Under the pieces are notes generated by a model. That model worked only from the letters and a program-made list of their open reading frames with translations, was not told where the DNA came from and did not search any database. A DNA stretch of 61,576 bases, counting the filler. It is 3 parts of 3 records of this genome, joined end to end, with 100 filler letters (N's around TTAATTAATTAA, not from the genome) between each part and the next. Parts side by side here need not be neighbours in the genome. Positions count along the whole stretch, not along the records: positions 1 to 23,670 come from SRR20825006_2518; 2 more parts are not named here. One strand, given 5' to 3'. This document shows, piece after piece, positions 1 through 10,483 of this stretch. The position numbers and the translations under genes were made by a program. The stretch's first letter is position 1. The number at the start of each line of letters is the position of its first letter.

Positions 1-698
1 TTATCCAAGAAATAACGGTCGTGCGTTACAGCGATTACCGTTCCTTTATATTGCGCCAAATGATGCTCTAACCAGTGAACGCTTTCTGCGTCTAAGTGGT
101 TGGTAGGTTCATCAAGAAGTAACACATCAGGTTCTTGAAGCAACAGTCTACAAAGGGCTACACGGCGGCGCTCACCACCAGATAGCACACCGATCTTCTG
201 ATCAGCAGGAGGCGTACGTAACGCATCCATCGCGACTTCTAGTTTATTGTCTAATTCCCACGCCCCGCGTGCATCTATCTCATCCTGAAGCACTGCCTGA
301 CGGTTCATCAGTTTTTCCATCTTATCAGGATCGCTATATACTTCTTCTAAGCCAAACTGATCATTGATCTGGTTGTACTCGTCTAAGATCGCAACGGTAT
401 CAGCAGCTCCTTCTTTAACCACCTCAAGCACCGTTTTCTCATCATCCAGTTGTGGTTCTTGTTCTAAATAGCCCACAGAAAATTCCTTATCTGAAGTTAC
501 GTCGCCCTGATAGTTCTTGTCTATACCCGCAATAATTTTGAGCAAAGTAGATTTCCCCGAACCGTTAAGCCCCAGAATTCCAATTTTTGCTCCGTAGAAA
601 AAACTCAGATAGATATTTTTAAGTACCGGAGTATTGGCACCGGGAAAGGTTTTACTCACCCCGGTCATTGAAAATATTATTTTTTTATCGTCACTCAT
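1..698 (-). CDS. ettA: ABC-F translational throttle protein EttA (5' part; runs off window start)
   Basis: Manual translation from ATG at 698: [11 protein letters not shown]...[25 protein letters not shown] (Walker A)...[12 protein letters not shown] (signature)...[15 protein letters not shown]. Not in the supplied ORF track. Confidence 0.92.
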   Translation of the reverse strand, partial: MSDDKKIIFSMTGVSKTFPGANTPVLKNIYLSFFYGAKIGILGLNGSGKSTLLKIIAGIDKNYQGDVTSDKEFSVGYLEQEPQLDDEKTVLEVVKEGAADTVAILDEYNQINDQFGLEEVYSDPDKMEKLMNRQAVLQDEIDARGAWELDNKLEVAMDALRTPPADQKIGVLSGGERRRVALCRLLLQEPDVLLLDEPTNHLDAESVHWLEHHLAQYKGTVIAVTHDRYFLD

Positions 699-746
699 AG
701 TCGTTTGTTTAAATCTAAAATTATAAATATGCTGTTGAACCTAACG

Positions 747-754
747 CAAAAATA
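747..754 (-). promoter_or_regulatory. Bacteroidota -7 promoter element (TATTTTTG) upstream of ettA
   Basis: Matches the TAnnTTTG consensus about 50 bp upstream of the ettA start. Confidence 0.55.
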
Positions 755-758
755 CGGG

Positions 759-1229
759 TTATAGTAAGCCCAATAACCTAAGAATTATAGCAAGCTGGCC
801 TGTATGATAAGCATTATGCTCGAGGACCAACGCGAGTTCGCGCACTATAGTTTGTTCTTTGCCGTGCTTAGGGGTATCCAACAGGCTCAAATCTGTTGTA
901 TCGATAAACTCCCGCAAGGCTTCCTGATCTGTATAAAACTGCTGTTGCAATGCCTGCCATTCTTCTTTGGTAGCAGCGGTATTGCTCCCCGGCCAGTAAT
1001 CTTTAGGCCAAGAAGGCGTATTATATTCTTCGGCAATGCAAAAGTCTAAAATATCTTTTTGCGCATAGACCATATGATAAAAAACTTCGTAAAAAGAATA
1101 CGGCAGCCCTAACGGTCGTTTTCCTGATTTTTTAAAGGAAATTTTATCTAGCAACTCGCATACCGGAGTAAAGGCTTCACCCCCTTTGAGATGTTTCAGA
1201 AGCTGTTCTTTTAAAAGTGCTTCTTCCAT
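759..1229 (-). CDS. DinB family protein
   Basis: PYSFYEVFYHM and C-terminal EHNAYHTGQL His motif typical of DinB/YfiT four-helix bundles. Confidence 0.85.
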   Translation of the reverse strand: MEEALLKEQLLKHLKGGEAFTPVCELLDKISFKKSGKRPLGLPYSFYEVFYHMVYAQKDILDFCIAEEYNTPSWPKDYWPGSNTAATKEEWQALQQQFYTDQEALREFIDTTDLSLLDTPKHGKEQTIVRELALVLEHNAYHTGQLAIILRLLGLL

Positions 1230-1408
1230 TAAACCCTTCCTTTTAATGCATTAAAAACCCAGGCGATTGCAAAAAAACCAATACCTACCGAAGCAAAACC
1301 CCAACCGGCAACTTCAGAATATTTAAAAGCGCCCATTGCAATAAGACCAAGCCCTACAACAATCATTATAAAAGTTGCCCAGCCCAATACTGTATTCTTA
1401 TTCATCAT
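1229..1408 (-). CDS. Small two-TM membrane protein (flavobacterial CAL67264-like family), 59 aa
   Basis: Manual translation MMNKNTVLGWATFIMIVVGLGLIAMGAFKYSEVAGWGFASVGIGFFAIAWVFNALKGRV; its stop overlaps the DinB ATG (TAATG coupling). Confidence 0.8.
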   Translation of the reverse strand: MMNKNTVLGWATFIMIVVGLGLIAMGAFKYSEVAGWGFASVGIGFFAIAWVFNALKGRV

Positions 1409-1641
1409 AATCGTTTATTTATTCTATTTTGGGAAGTTACAGCCCAGAATGCAATACTACAACCTAAGTTTCATAAGCGCACAACGCATCACCGGGAATT
1501 CCATTAAAACGCAAATATCGCGTTTTTCACATAAGTATAACGATTTCATAAGCCCGTGATTTCGTATTTTCGTTCACATACATTAATACACTTCACGAGT
1601 ATTTTTTAGCAATCTAAAAAATACTCTTACATATTATTTCA

Positions 1642-3270
1642 ATGGATATTAAGTTCAATAAAAACGAAGACCATAACAAACTTTTAGTTTCTGATTTAAA
1701 ACGCCGATTTGCTAAAGTGCAATTGGGTGGTGGTGAAAAGCGCATCGCAAAACACCACGAAAAAGGAAAATTAACAGCTCGAGAACGTATTGATTTTTTA
1801 TTGGACGACGCCGAAAAAGCTATTGAGATCGCCGCTTTTGCCGGAGAAGGAATGTATGAAGAACACGGGGGCTGCCCCAGTGGTGGTGTGGTGGTCAAAA
1901 TAGGCCACATCAGCGGTAAGCAATGTATTGTTGTTGCTAATGATGCTACGGTAAAGGCTGGTGCCTGGTTCCCGATCACCGGAAAAAAGAATTTACGCGC
2001 GCAAGAGATTAGTATCGAAAATAAACTGCCCATTATTTACTTGGTAGACAGTGCAGGAGTGTATTTACCAATGCAAGATGAGATTTTTCCTGATAAGGAG
2101 CATTTTGGCCGCATTTTTAGAAATAACGCGGTGATGAGTAGTATGGGCATTACGCAAATAAGTGCGGTAATGGGCAGTTGTGTCGCCGGTGGTGCCTACT
2201 TACCTATTATGAGCGATGAAGCAATGATCGTAGATAAAACGGCAAGTATTTTTCTCGCCGGAAGCTACCTTGTCAAAGCTGCCATTGGCGAAACTATTGA
2301 TAATGAAACGCTGGGCGGCGCAACCACACACTGCGAGATTAGCGGTGTAACCGACTATAAAGCTACAGACGATCGGGATGCACTCACCCGAATCAAAAAT
2401 ATAATGGGTAAAATTGGTGATTTTGAAAAAGCCGGTTTTAACCGTATTGATGCAGCTAAACCTAAGGAAGATCCTCAAGATATCTACGGAATCCTGCCTG
2501 CCAAACGCAGCGATCAATATGATATGACCGAAATCATAAAGCGGCTGGTTGATAATTCTGAATTTGAAGAATACAAAGAAGGATATGGTCAAACGCTCAT
2601 TACTGCATATGCGCGCATTGACGGCTGGGCGGTAGGCATTGTAGCCAATCAACGTAAGATCGTAAAAACCAAAAAAGGCGAGATGCAGTTTGGCGGAGTG
2701 ATTTACAGCGACAGTGCAGACAAAGCCACTCGTTTTATTGCCAATTGCAATCAGAAAAAAATACCGCTGGTGTTCTTACAGGATGTTACCGGTTTTATGG
2801 TGGGGAGCAAAAGTGAGCACGGCGGCATTATTAAAGATGGGGCAAAAATGGTTAATGCCGTTAGTAATAGTGTGGTTCCTAAATTCACCATTGTAGTTGG
2901 TAACTCGTACGGTGCCGGAAATTATGCGATGTGCGGAAAAGCTTATGATCCCAGACTGATTGCTGCTTGGCCTTCGGCGGAATTGGCAGTTATGAGCGGA
3001 AATAGCGCTGCAAAAGTTTTACTTCAAATTGAGACGGCTTCCCTCAAAAAGCAGGGTAAAGAGATTACGCCCGAAGTTGAAAAAGAACTTTACGACAAAA
3101 TCAAAGCACGCTACGATGAGCAGGTTTCACCCTACTATGCAGCTTCCAGAATTTGGACTGACGCTATTATTGATCCGTTAGATACGCGTAAATGGATTTC
3201 TACCGGTATTGAGGCTGCTAACCACGCTCCTATTGAAAAGAAATTCAATTTAGGAGTAATTCAAGTTTAG
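1642..3270 (+). CDS. Acyl-CoA carboxylase carboxyltransferase (beta) subunit, MCC/PCC-like
   Basis: GKLTARERID, VANDATVKAG, VMGSCVAGGAY, FLQDVTGFMVG, YGAGNYAMCG motifs. Confidence 0.92.
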   Translation: MDIKFNKNEDHNKLLVSDLKRRFAKVQLGGGEKRIAKHHEKGKLTARERIDFLLDDAEKAIEIAAFAGEGMYEEHGGCPSGGVVVKIGHISGKQCIVVANDATVKAGAWFPITGKKNLRAQEISIENKLPIIYLVDSAGVYLPMQDEIFPDKEHFGRIFRNNAVMSSMGITQISAVMGSCVAGGAYLPIMSDEAMIVDKTASIFLAGSYLVKAAIGETIDNETLGGATTHCEISGVTDYKATDDRDALTRIKNIMGKIGDFEKAGFNRIDAAKPKEDPQDIYGILPAKRSDQYDMTEIIKRLVDNSEFEEYKEGYGQTLITAYARIDGWAVGIVANQRKIVKTKKGEMQFGGVIYSDSADKATRFIANCNQKKIPLVFLQDVTGFMVGSKSEHGGIIKDGAKMVNAVSNSVVPKFTIVVGNSYGAGNYAMCGKAYDPRLIAAWPSAELAVMSGNSAAKVLLQIETASLKKQGKEITPEVEKELYDKIKARYDEQVSPYYAASRIWTDAIIDPLDTRKWISTGIEAANHAPIEKKFNLGVIQV

Positions 3271-3378
3271 CAGGCAACCTCCACAGACTGAACCTTCTAA
3301 AAGACACCTGTTGTATTTTGCACTTTTTTAGTGACTAAATCGGTTAAGTCAACATAGTTTAAGCCTAAATAACTATCC

Positions 3379-3386
3379 TATCTTTG
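3379..3386 (+). promoter_or_regulatory. Bacteroidota -7 promoter element (TATCTTTG)
   Basis: TAnnTTTG about 50 bp upstream of the MFS ATG. Confidence 0.55.
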
Positions 3387-3436
3387 CCAGATTGTATCCT
3401 GTCATTTGGTTTGACAGGTAATTAAAAACACTTTAC

Positions 3437-4612
3437 ATGTTTAAAAAGAGTCTGATCGCGTTAGCAATAGGTGGTTTTGGTATTGGTATGACTGAGTTTG
3501 TGATGATGGGTATTTTACCTGACGTTGCTAAAGACTTGAATATTACCATTCCGCAGGCGGGGCATTTTATTTCTGCTTACGCGCTAGGCGTAGTTATTGG
3601 CGCACCAATACTTGTGGGAATCGCAGGCAACTATTCGCCTAAAAAGATTCTTTTTTCGCTAATGATAGCCTTTACCGTTTTTAACTCTTTATCTGTATTT
3701 GCATCAAGCTACGGACTGATGCTGATCTCAAGATTGCTTTCGGGCTTACCGCACGGGGCGTTTTTTGGTGTTGGGGCCGTTGTCGCCAGTAGGCTTGTTG
3801 CAAAGGAAAAAGCAGCAAGTGCCGTGGCTATGATGTTTAGCGGACTAACCGTTGCCAATATCATTGGGATTCCGCTAGGGACTTACGTAGGGCATAATAT
3901 TTCGTGGCGCTACACTTTTATGATCGTAGTGGTAATAGGACTGATTACGGTTTTAGCCATACGATTCTGGCTTCCGAAGATTGAAAAATCTGAACCTATT
4001 CCTATAAAACAAGCATTGAAAATCTTTAAGCGTACAGAACTCTGGCTTATATTAGGGATTACTGCCATTGGTACCGGAGGTTTCTTTGCGTGGTACAGCT
4101 ACATCACCCCACTGCTTACTGAAGTGAGTGGCTTTGACAATGATATGGTGATCTTCATTTTAATGCTTGCAGGATTAGGAATGACCTGCGGAAATGTTCT
4201 GGGAGGGAAACTCGCTGATACGTTTTCACCCATAAAAGCTACTGCTATTCTATTGAGTGCGATGACACTTTGTTTGATAACCATTTCGCTGATCGCTCCA
4301 ATTCAATGGGCGATGTTGTTGATGGTGTTTGTTACCGGCGCGTTTGCGTTTTCTACTGCACCGTCCATACAAATGTTGATGATTAAATCTGCTAAAGAGT
4401 CTGAAATGCTTGCTTCTTCTGTGAATCAAGCTGCATTTAACATCGCCAATGCGGTAGGCGCTTATTTAGGAGGTTTACCTATTGCAGCGGGTTATGGCTA
4501 TACGGCTCCTGAATTAGTAGGTGCTTGTCTCGCCTTTGGCGGAATATTATTATCAATTAGTGTAATGCTTCTGCGAAAAAAGCGTGCAAAATTAACTACC
4601 CAGCAAGCCTAA
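3437..4612 (+). CDS. MFS transporter, AraJ/DHA1-like
   Basis: GGFGIGMTEF, GLPHGAFFGVG, multiple hydrophobic helices. Confidence 0.88.
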   Translation: MFKKSLIALAIGGFGIGMTEFVMMGILPDVAKDLNITIPQAGHFISAYALGVVIGAPILVGIAGNYSPKKILFSLMIAFTVFNSLSVFASSYGLMLISRLLSGLPHGAFFGVGAVVASRLVAKEKAASAVAMMFSGLTVANIIGIPLGTYVGHNISWRYTFMIVVVIGLITVLAIRFWLPKIEKSEPIPIKQALKIFKRTELWLILGITAIGTGGFFAWYSYITPLLTEVSGFDNDMVIFILMLAGLGMTCGNVLGGKLADTFSPIKATAILLSAMTLCLITISLIAPIQWAMLLMVFVTGAFAFSTAPSIQMLMIKSAKESEMLASSVNQAAFNIANAVGAYLGGLPIAAGYGYTAPELVGACLAFGGILLSISVMLLRKKRAKLTTQQA

Positions 4613-4648
4613 CATAGTCTGAAGCGGTCTTCTAAAGTAAAGAATGCT

Positions 4649-5971
4649 TTATTTCAGCAGCAGCAAAGCTTCCTGACGTTGATTGATATACTTGAATCCG
4701 TTAGCGCCCCAGAAGCCATCTTCTTCGAGCATAATGCGAATGTCTTTATCCCATTGCGGTAACGTCACCGTGGTGTTTAATTCTATCGCATAGGTCGTAT
4801 TCTCATACAAGGGGTAATCACCAGATCCCGGCACACCCTCTTGTGCATCCCACATCCCAATGGTTGGCCCGGCAGAATGCCCATACAAGCCTAGTGGATG
4901 CGTGTAGATAGAAGGCTGAAGTCCGGCTTGTTTAGCTTCTTCAAGTGATTCTTTTAAAATAGAATTACCCGACTTTCCGGTTGCGAAATTACCGGTTAAT
5001 ATGTCTTGAAGTTGATTTCCTTTTTTAAACGCTTCCCTTAAAAATTCCGGGGCTTGAGTTTCACCATCTTTTAAGACATAAGCGTGTTGCTGACAATCTG
5101 TACTTAAGCCTAAATAGGTGATCCCAAAATCACAATGCAATAAATCTCCCGGCTGAATTACTTGGCCTTCGCTGTGATTAGTAAAGGCAGTAATATGACT
5201 TTCCAAAGGTTCGCTGTCACGTTGAAGGTCTACAGTTGGGTGAAACCAAGTCTCCAGTCCCATATCGGTAACTTTTTGTCTTAGAAACCACACCACGTCT
5301 TCGGTGGTTGTTTTTCCCGGTGTAATCACCTTTGAACTAAATGCCTCTTGAATAATATCGTGCGTGATCCCCACCAATTCTTCAAACAATTGCATTTCAA
5401 GAGCCGTGCGGGTTTCGATCCAACCTACCGCAAGATCTTCAGCTGAAACAACCTTGTTCTTATAGTTTTCGGGAAGTGCATTCATAAACAGCTCATAATC
5501 TGTTTTTGAAATTCCGTCTGCAATTCCGTAGTTATCAGAGTAATTTAAGCCTATTTTTTGCGGATTGTATTTTGTAATAAGCTCCATCAACGCTTTCCAT
5601 TGATCCGGCTCCTTTTCCTTATCCCACGCCGAAGTAATGTTGTCGCCAATATTATATCGCGCCACCGCCAGTTTTTCTAACTTAAAGCGCTCTTCATCCC
5701 AATAGAATACAAGCATCGTGCGTCTTCTTGCATTGAGCCACGTTGCCGGCAACATCGTACGCACTACCGGATCTTCATTATATTCTCGTGTAATGAGCAC
5801 CCACATATCAATGCCGCTGCGCGACATCACATCAGGTAAAACCCGCTTAAAACGCTCAGAAAGAATTTTGTCAACGAGCACTGCCCGGTCGCGTTCCGGT
5901 AAAATCTGACTGTAAGAAAAAGGTATATTTAAGAAGAAAAGGCAAACAAGTAGGAGAAGTATTTTACGCAT
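4649..5971 (-). CDS. M24 family (Xaa-Pro) aminopeptidase with signal peptide
   Basis: Pita-bread metal ligands HCDFG, TDCQQ, HPLGLYGH, AIELN, MLEED. Confidence 0.85.
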   Translation of the reverse strand: MRKILLLLVCLFFLNIPFSYSQILPERDRAVLVDKILSERFKRVLPDVMSRSGIDMWVLITREYNEDPVVRTMLPATWLNARRRTMLVFYWDEERFKLEKLAVARYNIGDNITSAWDKEKEPDQWKALMELITKYNPQKIGLNYSDNYGIADGISKTDYELFMNALPENYKNKVVSAEDLAVGWIETRTALEMQLFEELVGITHDIIQEAFSSKVITPGKTTTEDVVWFLRQKVTDMGLETWFHPTVDLQRDSEPLESHITAFTNHSEGQVIQPGDLLHCDFGITYLGLSTDCQQHAYVLKDGETQAPEFLREAFKKGNQLQDILTGNFATGKSGNSILKESLEEAKQAGLQPSIYTHPLGLYGHSAGPTIGMWDAQEGVPGSGDYPLYENTTYAIELNTTVTLPQWDKDIRIMLEEDGFWGANGFKYINQRQEALLLLK

Positions 5972-6015
5972 TATAAGAGTTTAAAATCAACTCTAAATTA
6001 CGTATTAAACCCCAA

Positions 6016-6042
6016 TAAAAAAAGGTGCTCTAGGCACCTTTT
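6016..6042 (-). terminator. Intrinsic terminator
   Basis: Hairpin aaaaggtgc-tctag-gcacctttt with a long T tail on the minus strand, downstream of the 6106-6570 gene. Confidence 0.7.
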
Positions 6043-6105
6043 AAATTCCGTTTTGAGATTCAATTAGACTAAAAATCGGTAAATCTCAATGCTGGTTATA
6101 ATGAT

Positions 6106-6570
6106 TTAATTATCACGGTTTTTCTTTCGTTTCCGCACCGCCGAATTTGAGAAATCCATCGCTATGAGTTTTTCTACTTCTTCTTCGGTGAGGATTGATT
6201 TAAGATCTGCTTTAAATTCATTTTGCATACGCTCAAAATCTTTACGCATTGTTTCGGCATCTTTGGTTTCATCTTTTTGAAGCCCCATTACCTTATTGAA
6301 ATAATCTTCTAAATAGGTGCGAAGAACTTCAGTCTGAAAAGGATCTAGTTCAAATTCTGCTACATAATCAGGCAAACGCTCTTCAGCAATTTCAGCAGCT
6401 GTTGGAGGTTCTTCCGTAGGACCTTGTGGCGTTTGACTGGCCCCCATCATACTTCCCATACGACTGCGGCCATAGCCTCCATAACCACCATATCCCCTAC
6501 CGTAACCGTACTGAGCGTAGATAGATTGCATTGAAAATAAAGTGATTGCGATGATAAAAAGATAACGCAT
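6106..6570 (-). CDS. Hypothetical exported protein with Gly/Tyr-rich N-terminus
   Basis: Signal peptide MRYLFIIAITLFSMQSIYAQ then YGYGRGYGGYGGYGR. A TATCTTTG element at 6586-6593 (minus) favours the ATG at 6570. Confidence 0.75.
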   Translation of the reverse strand: MRYLFIIAITLFSMQSIYAQYGYGRGYGGYGGYGRSRMGSMMGASQTPQGPTEEPPTAAEIAEERLPDYVAEFELDPFQTEVLRTYLEDYFNKVMGLQKDETKDAETMRKDFERMQNEFKADLKSILTEEEVEKLIAMDFSNSAVRKRKKNRDN

Positions 6571-6650
6571 GATATAAAATTTTGCCAAAGATAATAAGTT
6601 CGTTTTAAATCTGAGAATGTTCTGTGTTAAGGCATAAACACAAATTGTGC

Positions 6651-7727
6651 CTAAATCTCTTCGGCTGCCGTGAGCGATTTCAGCGTAGCGCCACGCTTGA
6701 CCTTACCGTTGTTTGTGCGAATAAATTTTGGCGTACAGTAGATACGCTTTGGCGTTTCATACTTACCCAAAACTTCAAAGTTGAGGCGAGAAGCATCAAA
6801 ACTATCACACTCAATGACCAAGATCAATTTCTCACCAAGAACCGTATCTTCTTCGGCGCCAATAATAAATGGAACATCTATTTGATGGGCCAATTTTTTT
6901 TCGATTGACTCCGGGTAAAGTTTAATCCCACCACTGTTGATCACGTTATCTATGCGGCCCAGCCAGTGAAACTTTTTATAGGATATAAGATCTACCAGAT
7001 CGTTCGTAACGATAGGATCTGTAGCCACTCTGGGGGCTTTGATCACCAGACAACCCCGCCCGTCTTTGCTTACCGTCACCTTGCTCAGGGTTTTAAACGG
7101 CGGCTCCCCTTCTCTATTTTTTTTAGAATTTACACGACGTACCGCAATATGGGTGATCGTTTCGGTCATGCCATAAGTCTCGTAGATCTTGGTTGGGCAA
7201 TCCTGAACCAATTCTTTTAAGGTTTGTGAAAACGGACCTCCACCTACAATGAGTTTAGCCAGCAGATGCATTCTAGCAATACTATTATCAAGCTGAAAAG
7301 GTGTCATTGCGGAAAAATCATAACGCTTTAATACCTGATCTAACGGATTTGATTTAGGCGGTACCACATCAAGTTTCCATCCTAAAATAACTGCTCGTAC
7401 TAACATCATTTTACCCGCTATAAATCGAGTAGGTAAGCAATGTAAGGCTGTTGCTCCGGCCTCTAGATCAAAGCGTTTGCCGGTAGCTTTGGCACTGTTG
7501 ACCATATGCTTTTTAAGCAATTTGATGCTTTTTGGCGCACCGGTAGATCCCGAAGTATTGACAAGTACGTAGTCTTTATCATTAAGCCAGTCTAGAATAA
7601 ATTCGCCTAGTTCTTGCTCATAAAGCTCTCCTGTTTTCTGAATTTCTTGAGCAAATTCTCGTAAGCCGGTAGCTTTGAGAGACATTCCGTTGAGTTGAAA
7701 TTCGGGGTGTACAGGATATTTAGACAT
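6651..7727 (-). CDS. menE: O-succinylbenzoate-CoA ligase-like AMP-binding enzyme
   Basis: TSGSTGAPK, YETYGMTET, GRIDNVINSGG motifs; co-oriented with menC and menA. Confidence 0.8.
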   Translation of the reverse strand: MSKYPVHPEFQLNGMSLKATGLREFAQEIQKTGELYEQELGEFILDWLNDKDYVLVNTSGSTGAPKSIKLLKKHMVNSAKATGKRFDLEAGATALHCLPTRFIAGKMMLVRAVILGWKLDVVPPKSNPLDQVLKRYDFSAMTPFQLDNSIARMHLLAKLIVGGGPFSQTLKELVQDCPTKIYETYGMTETITHIAVRRVNSKKNREGEPPFKTLSKVTVSKDGRGCLVIKAPRVATDPIVTNDLVDLISYKKFHWLGRIDNVINSGGIKLYPESIEKKLAHQIDVPFIIGAEEDTVLGEKLILVIECDSFDASRLNFEVLGKYETPKRIYCTPKFIRTNNGKVKRGATLKSLTAAEEI

Positions 7728-7737
7728 CACATCAAAT

Positions 7738-8670
7738 TTAATCAGGCACTAAATTATCTTCAAGTTGTGTTTCTTTTGGTTTTTCAACGGAACCGAAGAG
7801 TTTCTCTTTCCAGCCGGTCCATTTATACTTATAAGCCAAAATCCCTAAAAAGATAGGATAAATTACAAGAACTGGAAAGATTATTTCCAAGGTAGTCGAA
7901 CTAGCTGCTGTAGATTTAAAGATAGCATCTGTTTGTAGAGCGGAATAATCTGTTGTAACCAAAACAGCTGCTAAAAAATTGTTACCTAAGTGAAAACCTA
8001 AGGCCATTTCTAAACCTTCATCCATTAAAGTCATGATGCCTAGTAGAAGTCCAGTACCTATATAAAATACCATGGTAATTGCTCCCATCTCAGCAACTTC
8101 TGGATTTGCAGAATGAAATACTCCAAAAAGCACGCTAGTAACGATTAATGGAAACCACTTTGATTTAGAAGCTACACCTAGTTGCTGCATTAAGTACCCT
8201 CTAAACAACCACTCTTCAAGGCCTATTTGAAAAGGGAACATCAGCAAACTAATTACAAATAGTATAATAAAGTTAGTAGGTTCAAATTGAAGAACGTAGT
8301 CTTCAGGGGTCAGGTAATATGATATAAAGAAACCTCCTATTGTGAATATAACGATCAAACTTAAAGAGAATGCAAATCTCTTAAAATCAAACTTTTCCCT
8401 CGAGGTTGTTAATGATAAAATACTTCGGTTATGTAAATACTTTACTAAGACAAAAAGTAAAATTAGTATAGGAATAAAGACTCCTAAATTCAGTACCAAA
8501 TTGACATTTGCAGGAATGCTTTTCATCATTTCATACATCTTATCTAAATCCTCTGGACTAGTAAATAAGTATGCTATAAAATTCAAGATGAAAATTCCCA
8601 TCACTAGAATTGTTGTAATCGCAACTTTCCATTTTGCATTATCGCCTTTATACGCCTGTGCTATAAACAT
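7738..8670 (-). CDS. CPBP/Abi family intramembrane glutamic protease
   Basis: EEWLFRG, FGVFH, ALGFHLGNN motifs. Confidence 0.88.
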   Translation of the reverse strand: MFIAQAYKGDNAKWKVAITTILVMGIFILNFIAYLFTSPEDLDKMYEMMKSIPANVNLVLNLGVFIPILILLFVLVKYLHNRSILSLTTSREKFDFKRFAFSLSLIVIFTIGGFFISYYLTPEDYVLQFEPTNFIILFVISLLMFPFQIGLEEWLFRGYLMQQLGVASKSKWFPLIVTSVLFGVFHSANPEVAEMGAITMVFYIGTGLLLGIMTLMDEGLEMALGFHLGNNFLAAVLVTTDYSALQTDAIFKSTAASSTTLEIIFPVLVIYPIFLGILAYKYKWTGWKEKLFGSVEKPKETQLEDNLVPD

Positions 8671-8673
8671 AAA

Positions 8674-9708
8674 TTAAAATTGAAAACTCCAGCGATTCTC
8701 AGGCATATACCACAATTCGCCGTGTTTAATTTCTAATGGGGAAGATACATTATTTGTATATAACGCACCAGTACCCAAACCTTGTGGAATACTAGTACTT
8801 TTAGTATAGGTGTATTGTGCAATGGCATTAAGCCCAATATTACTTTCTAATGCTGAAGTGATCCACCATCCGATACCCAGCTCTTCTGCCAGTTGAATCC
8901 ACGTATCGCATCCGCGGAAACCACCAACTAAGCTGGGTTTTAAAATAATATATTGAGGTTTTACTTTTTGCAATAACTCCTTTTGTTTAGCGTAGCCAAA
9001 AACACCTATCAATTCTTCATCTAGCGCAATCGGCAATGGAGTTTTTGCGCATAGCTGCTCCATCGCATCTTCCTGTTGCTGTTTGATAGGCTGCTCTATA
9101 GAATGTAAATCTAATGCCGCAAGACGCTCAAGCTTCTGTAATACTTCGGCTGGGGCAAAAGCACCATTAGCATCGACCCGGAGCGTAATTTTTTCTTTCG
9201 GAAAACGGTCTCGAATTCCCTGAAGCAGTTCAATTTCAGCATCAAAATCAATGGCTCCAATCTTCATTTTAATGCAATCAAATCCTGCCGCGAGTTTTTC
9301 GGTAATCTGTTCTTGCATGAATTCAGGTGATCCCATCCAGATGAGACCGTTAATGGCAATCCCCTCATTTCCTTGCGTAAATTCAGAAGGAAAAAGTTCA
9401 AAGGGATTTTTAGCGTGAAATGATCTAAAAGCCATTTCTACGCCAAATTGAATACTCGGGAAGTCAGTAAGCCGCTCATAAAGCGTTTCTTCCCCCAGAT
9501 GAATGTTATCGCAAACCCATTTTAGGGTTTCTTCATAATCAGGACGATCATCAATGCTAAGACCACGCAGAATCCCACATTCTCCAAAACCGACTTTATC
9601 TAGCTCTTCGATTTTAAGAAACCATGTCTCTTTTACATTCATAACGCCCCGCGATGTTCCGCTGGGGCGTTTAAAATTTAAAATGAATTTTTTATAAGAT
9701 GCTGTCAA
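8674..9708 (-). CDS. menC: o-succinylbenzoate synthase (enolase superfamily)
   Basis: KMKIG, RVDANG, IEQP, ALDEE, ILKP motifs; men context. Confidence 0.88.
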   Translation of the reverse strand: MTASYKKFILNFKRPSGTSRGVMNVKETWFLKIEELDKVGFGECGILRGLSIDDRPDYEETLKWVCDNIHLGEETLYERLTDFPSIQFGVEMAFRSFHAKNPFELFPSEFTQGNEGIAINGLIWMGSPEFMQEQITEKLAAGFDCIKMKIGAIDFDAEIELLQGIRDRFPKEKITLRVDANGAFAPAEVLQKLERLAALDLHSIEQPIKQQQEDAMEQLCAKTPLPIALDEELIGVFGYAKQKELLQKVKPQYIILKPSLVGGFRGCDTWIQLAEELGIGWWITSALESNIGLNAIAQYTYTKSTSIPQGLGTGALYTNNVSSPLEIKHGELWYMPENRWSFQF

Positions 9709-9719
9709 AAATCACGTGT

Positions 9720-10400
9720 TTAGAGTTCGTACGAACTTCCTATTTCTAAAAGGGTAAGTTGTTTTTCGACGGCGTCAAAGGCTTTTTTAGCGCCTTCGTG
9801 ATCAATCTCTATATAGCCAAAGGTATCATAATGACAGCCTATGATGTTGTTGCATTCTATAAAATCGCTGGCTAAAACAGCATCTTTGATCCCCATTGTA
9901 AAATTGTCACCAATAGGTAAGATCGCCAGATCAAGATCAAACTCCATCCCGATCAGTTTCATATCCATCGTAAGTGCAGTATCGCCTGCCATATAAATGG
10001 TTTTGTCATCTATGCTGAACACAAAACCACCGGGTTGCCCGCCGTAGCTTCCATCAGGAAGCGAGCTTGTGTGAATCGCATTTACATATTTTACTTTACC
10101 GAATGGAAATTTCCAGCTTCCGCCATGATTCATCGGGTGCGTTTCAATGCCTTTTTCGCCGTAATGATTAGCAATCTCAAAATTGCTTACGATGATCGCA
10201 TCCGCTTGTTTTGCGATAGTCTCAGCATCTAAGGTATGATCTTGGTGCGCGTGAGTTAAAAAAATATAATCCGGATTAAGATCTGCGATGTCTATTTTAT
10301 CTTTAGCGAGTTCGTTTCCGGTTATAAAGGGATCTGTAAGAATCGTGGCTTCTTTAGTTTCAAAGCCAAAACAGTTTTGCCCGTAATAAGTAATTTTCAT
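9720..10400 (-). CDS. UPF0173 metal-dependent hydrolase (MBL fold)
   Basis: DPFITGN, THAHQDH, AGDT, LPIGDNFTMG. Confidence 0.88.
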   Translation of the reverse strand: MKITYYGQNCFGFETKEATILTDPFITGNELAKDKIDIADLNPDYIFLTHAHQDHTLDAETIAKQADAIIVSNFEIANHYGEKGIETHPMNHGGSWKFPFGKVKYVNAIHTSSLPDGSYGGQPGGFVFSIDDKTIYMAGDTALTMDMKLIGMEFDLDLAILPIGDNFTMGIKDAVLASDFIECNNIIGCHYDTFGYIEIDHEGAKKAFDAVEKQLTLLEIGSSYEL

Positions 10401-10483
10401 AGTTGTAAATTTTTGCAACTAAATTTCGATAAGCTAAATCACAACAGAAAATCCCTAACTATAAGTTTTCGTTAAAAAACGAT

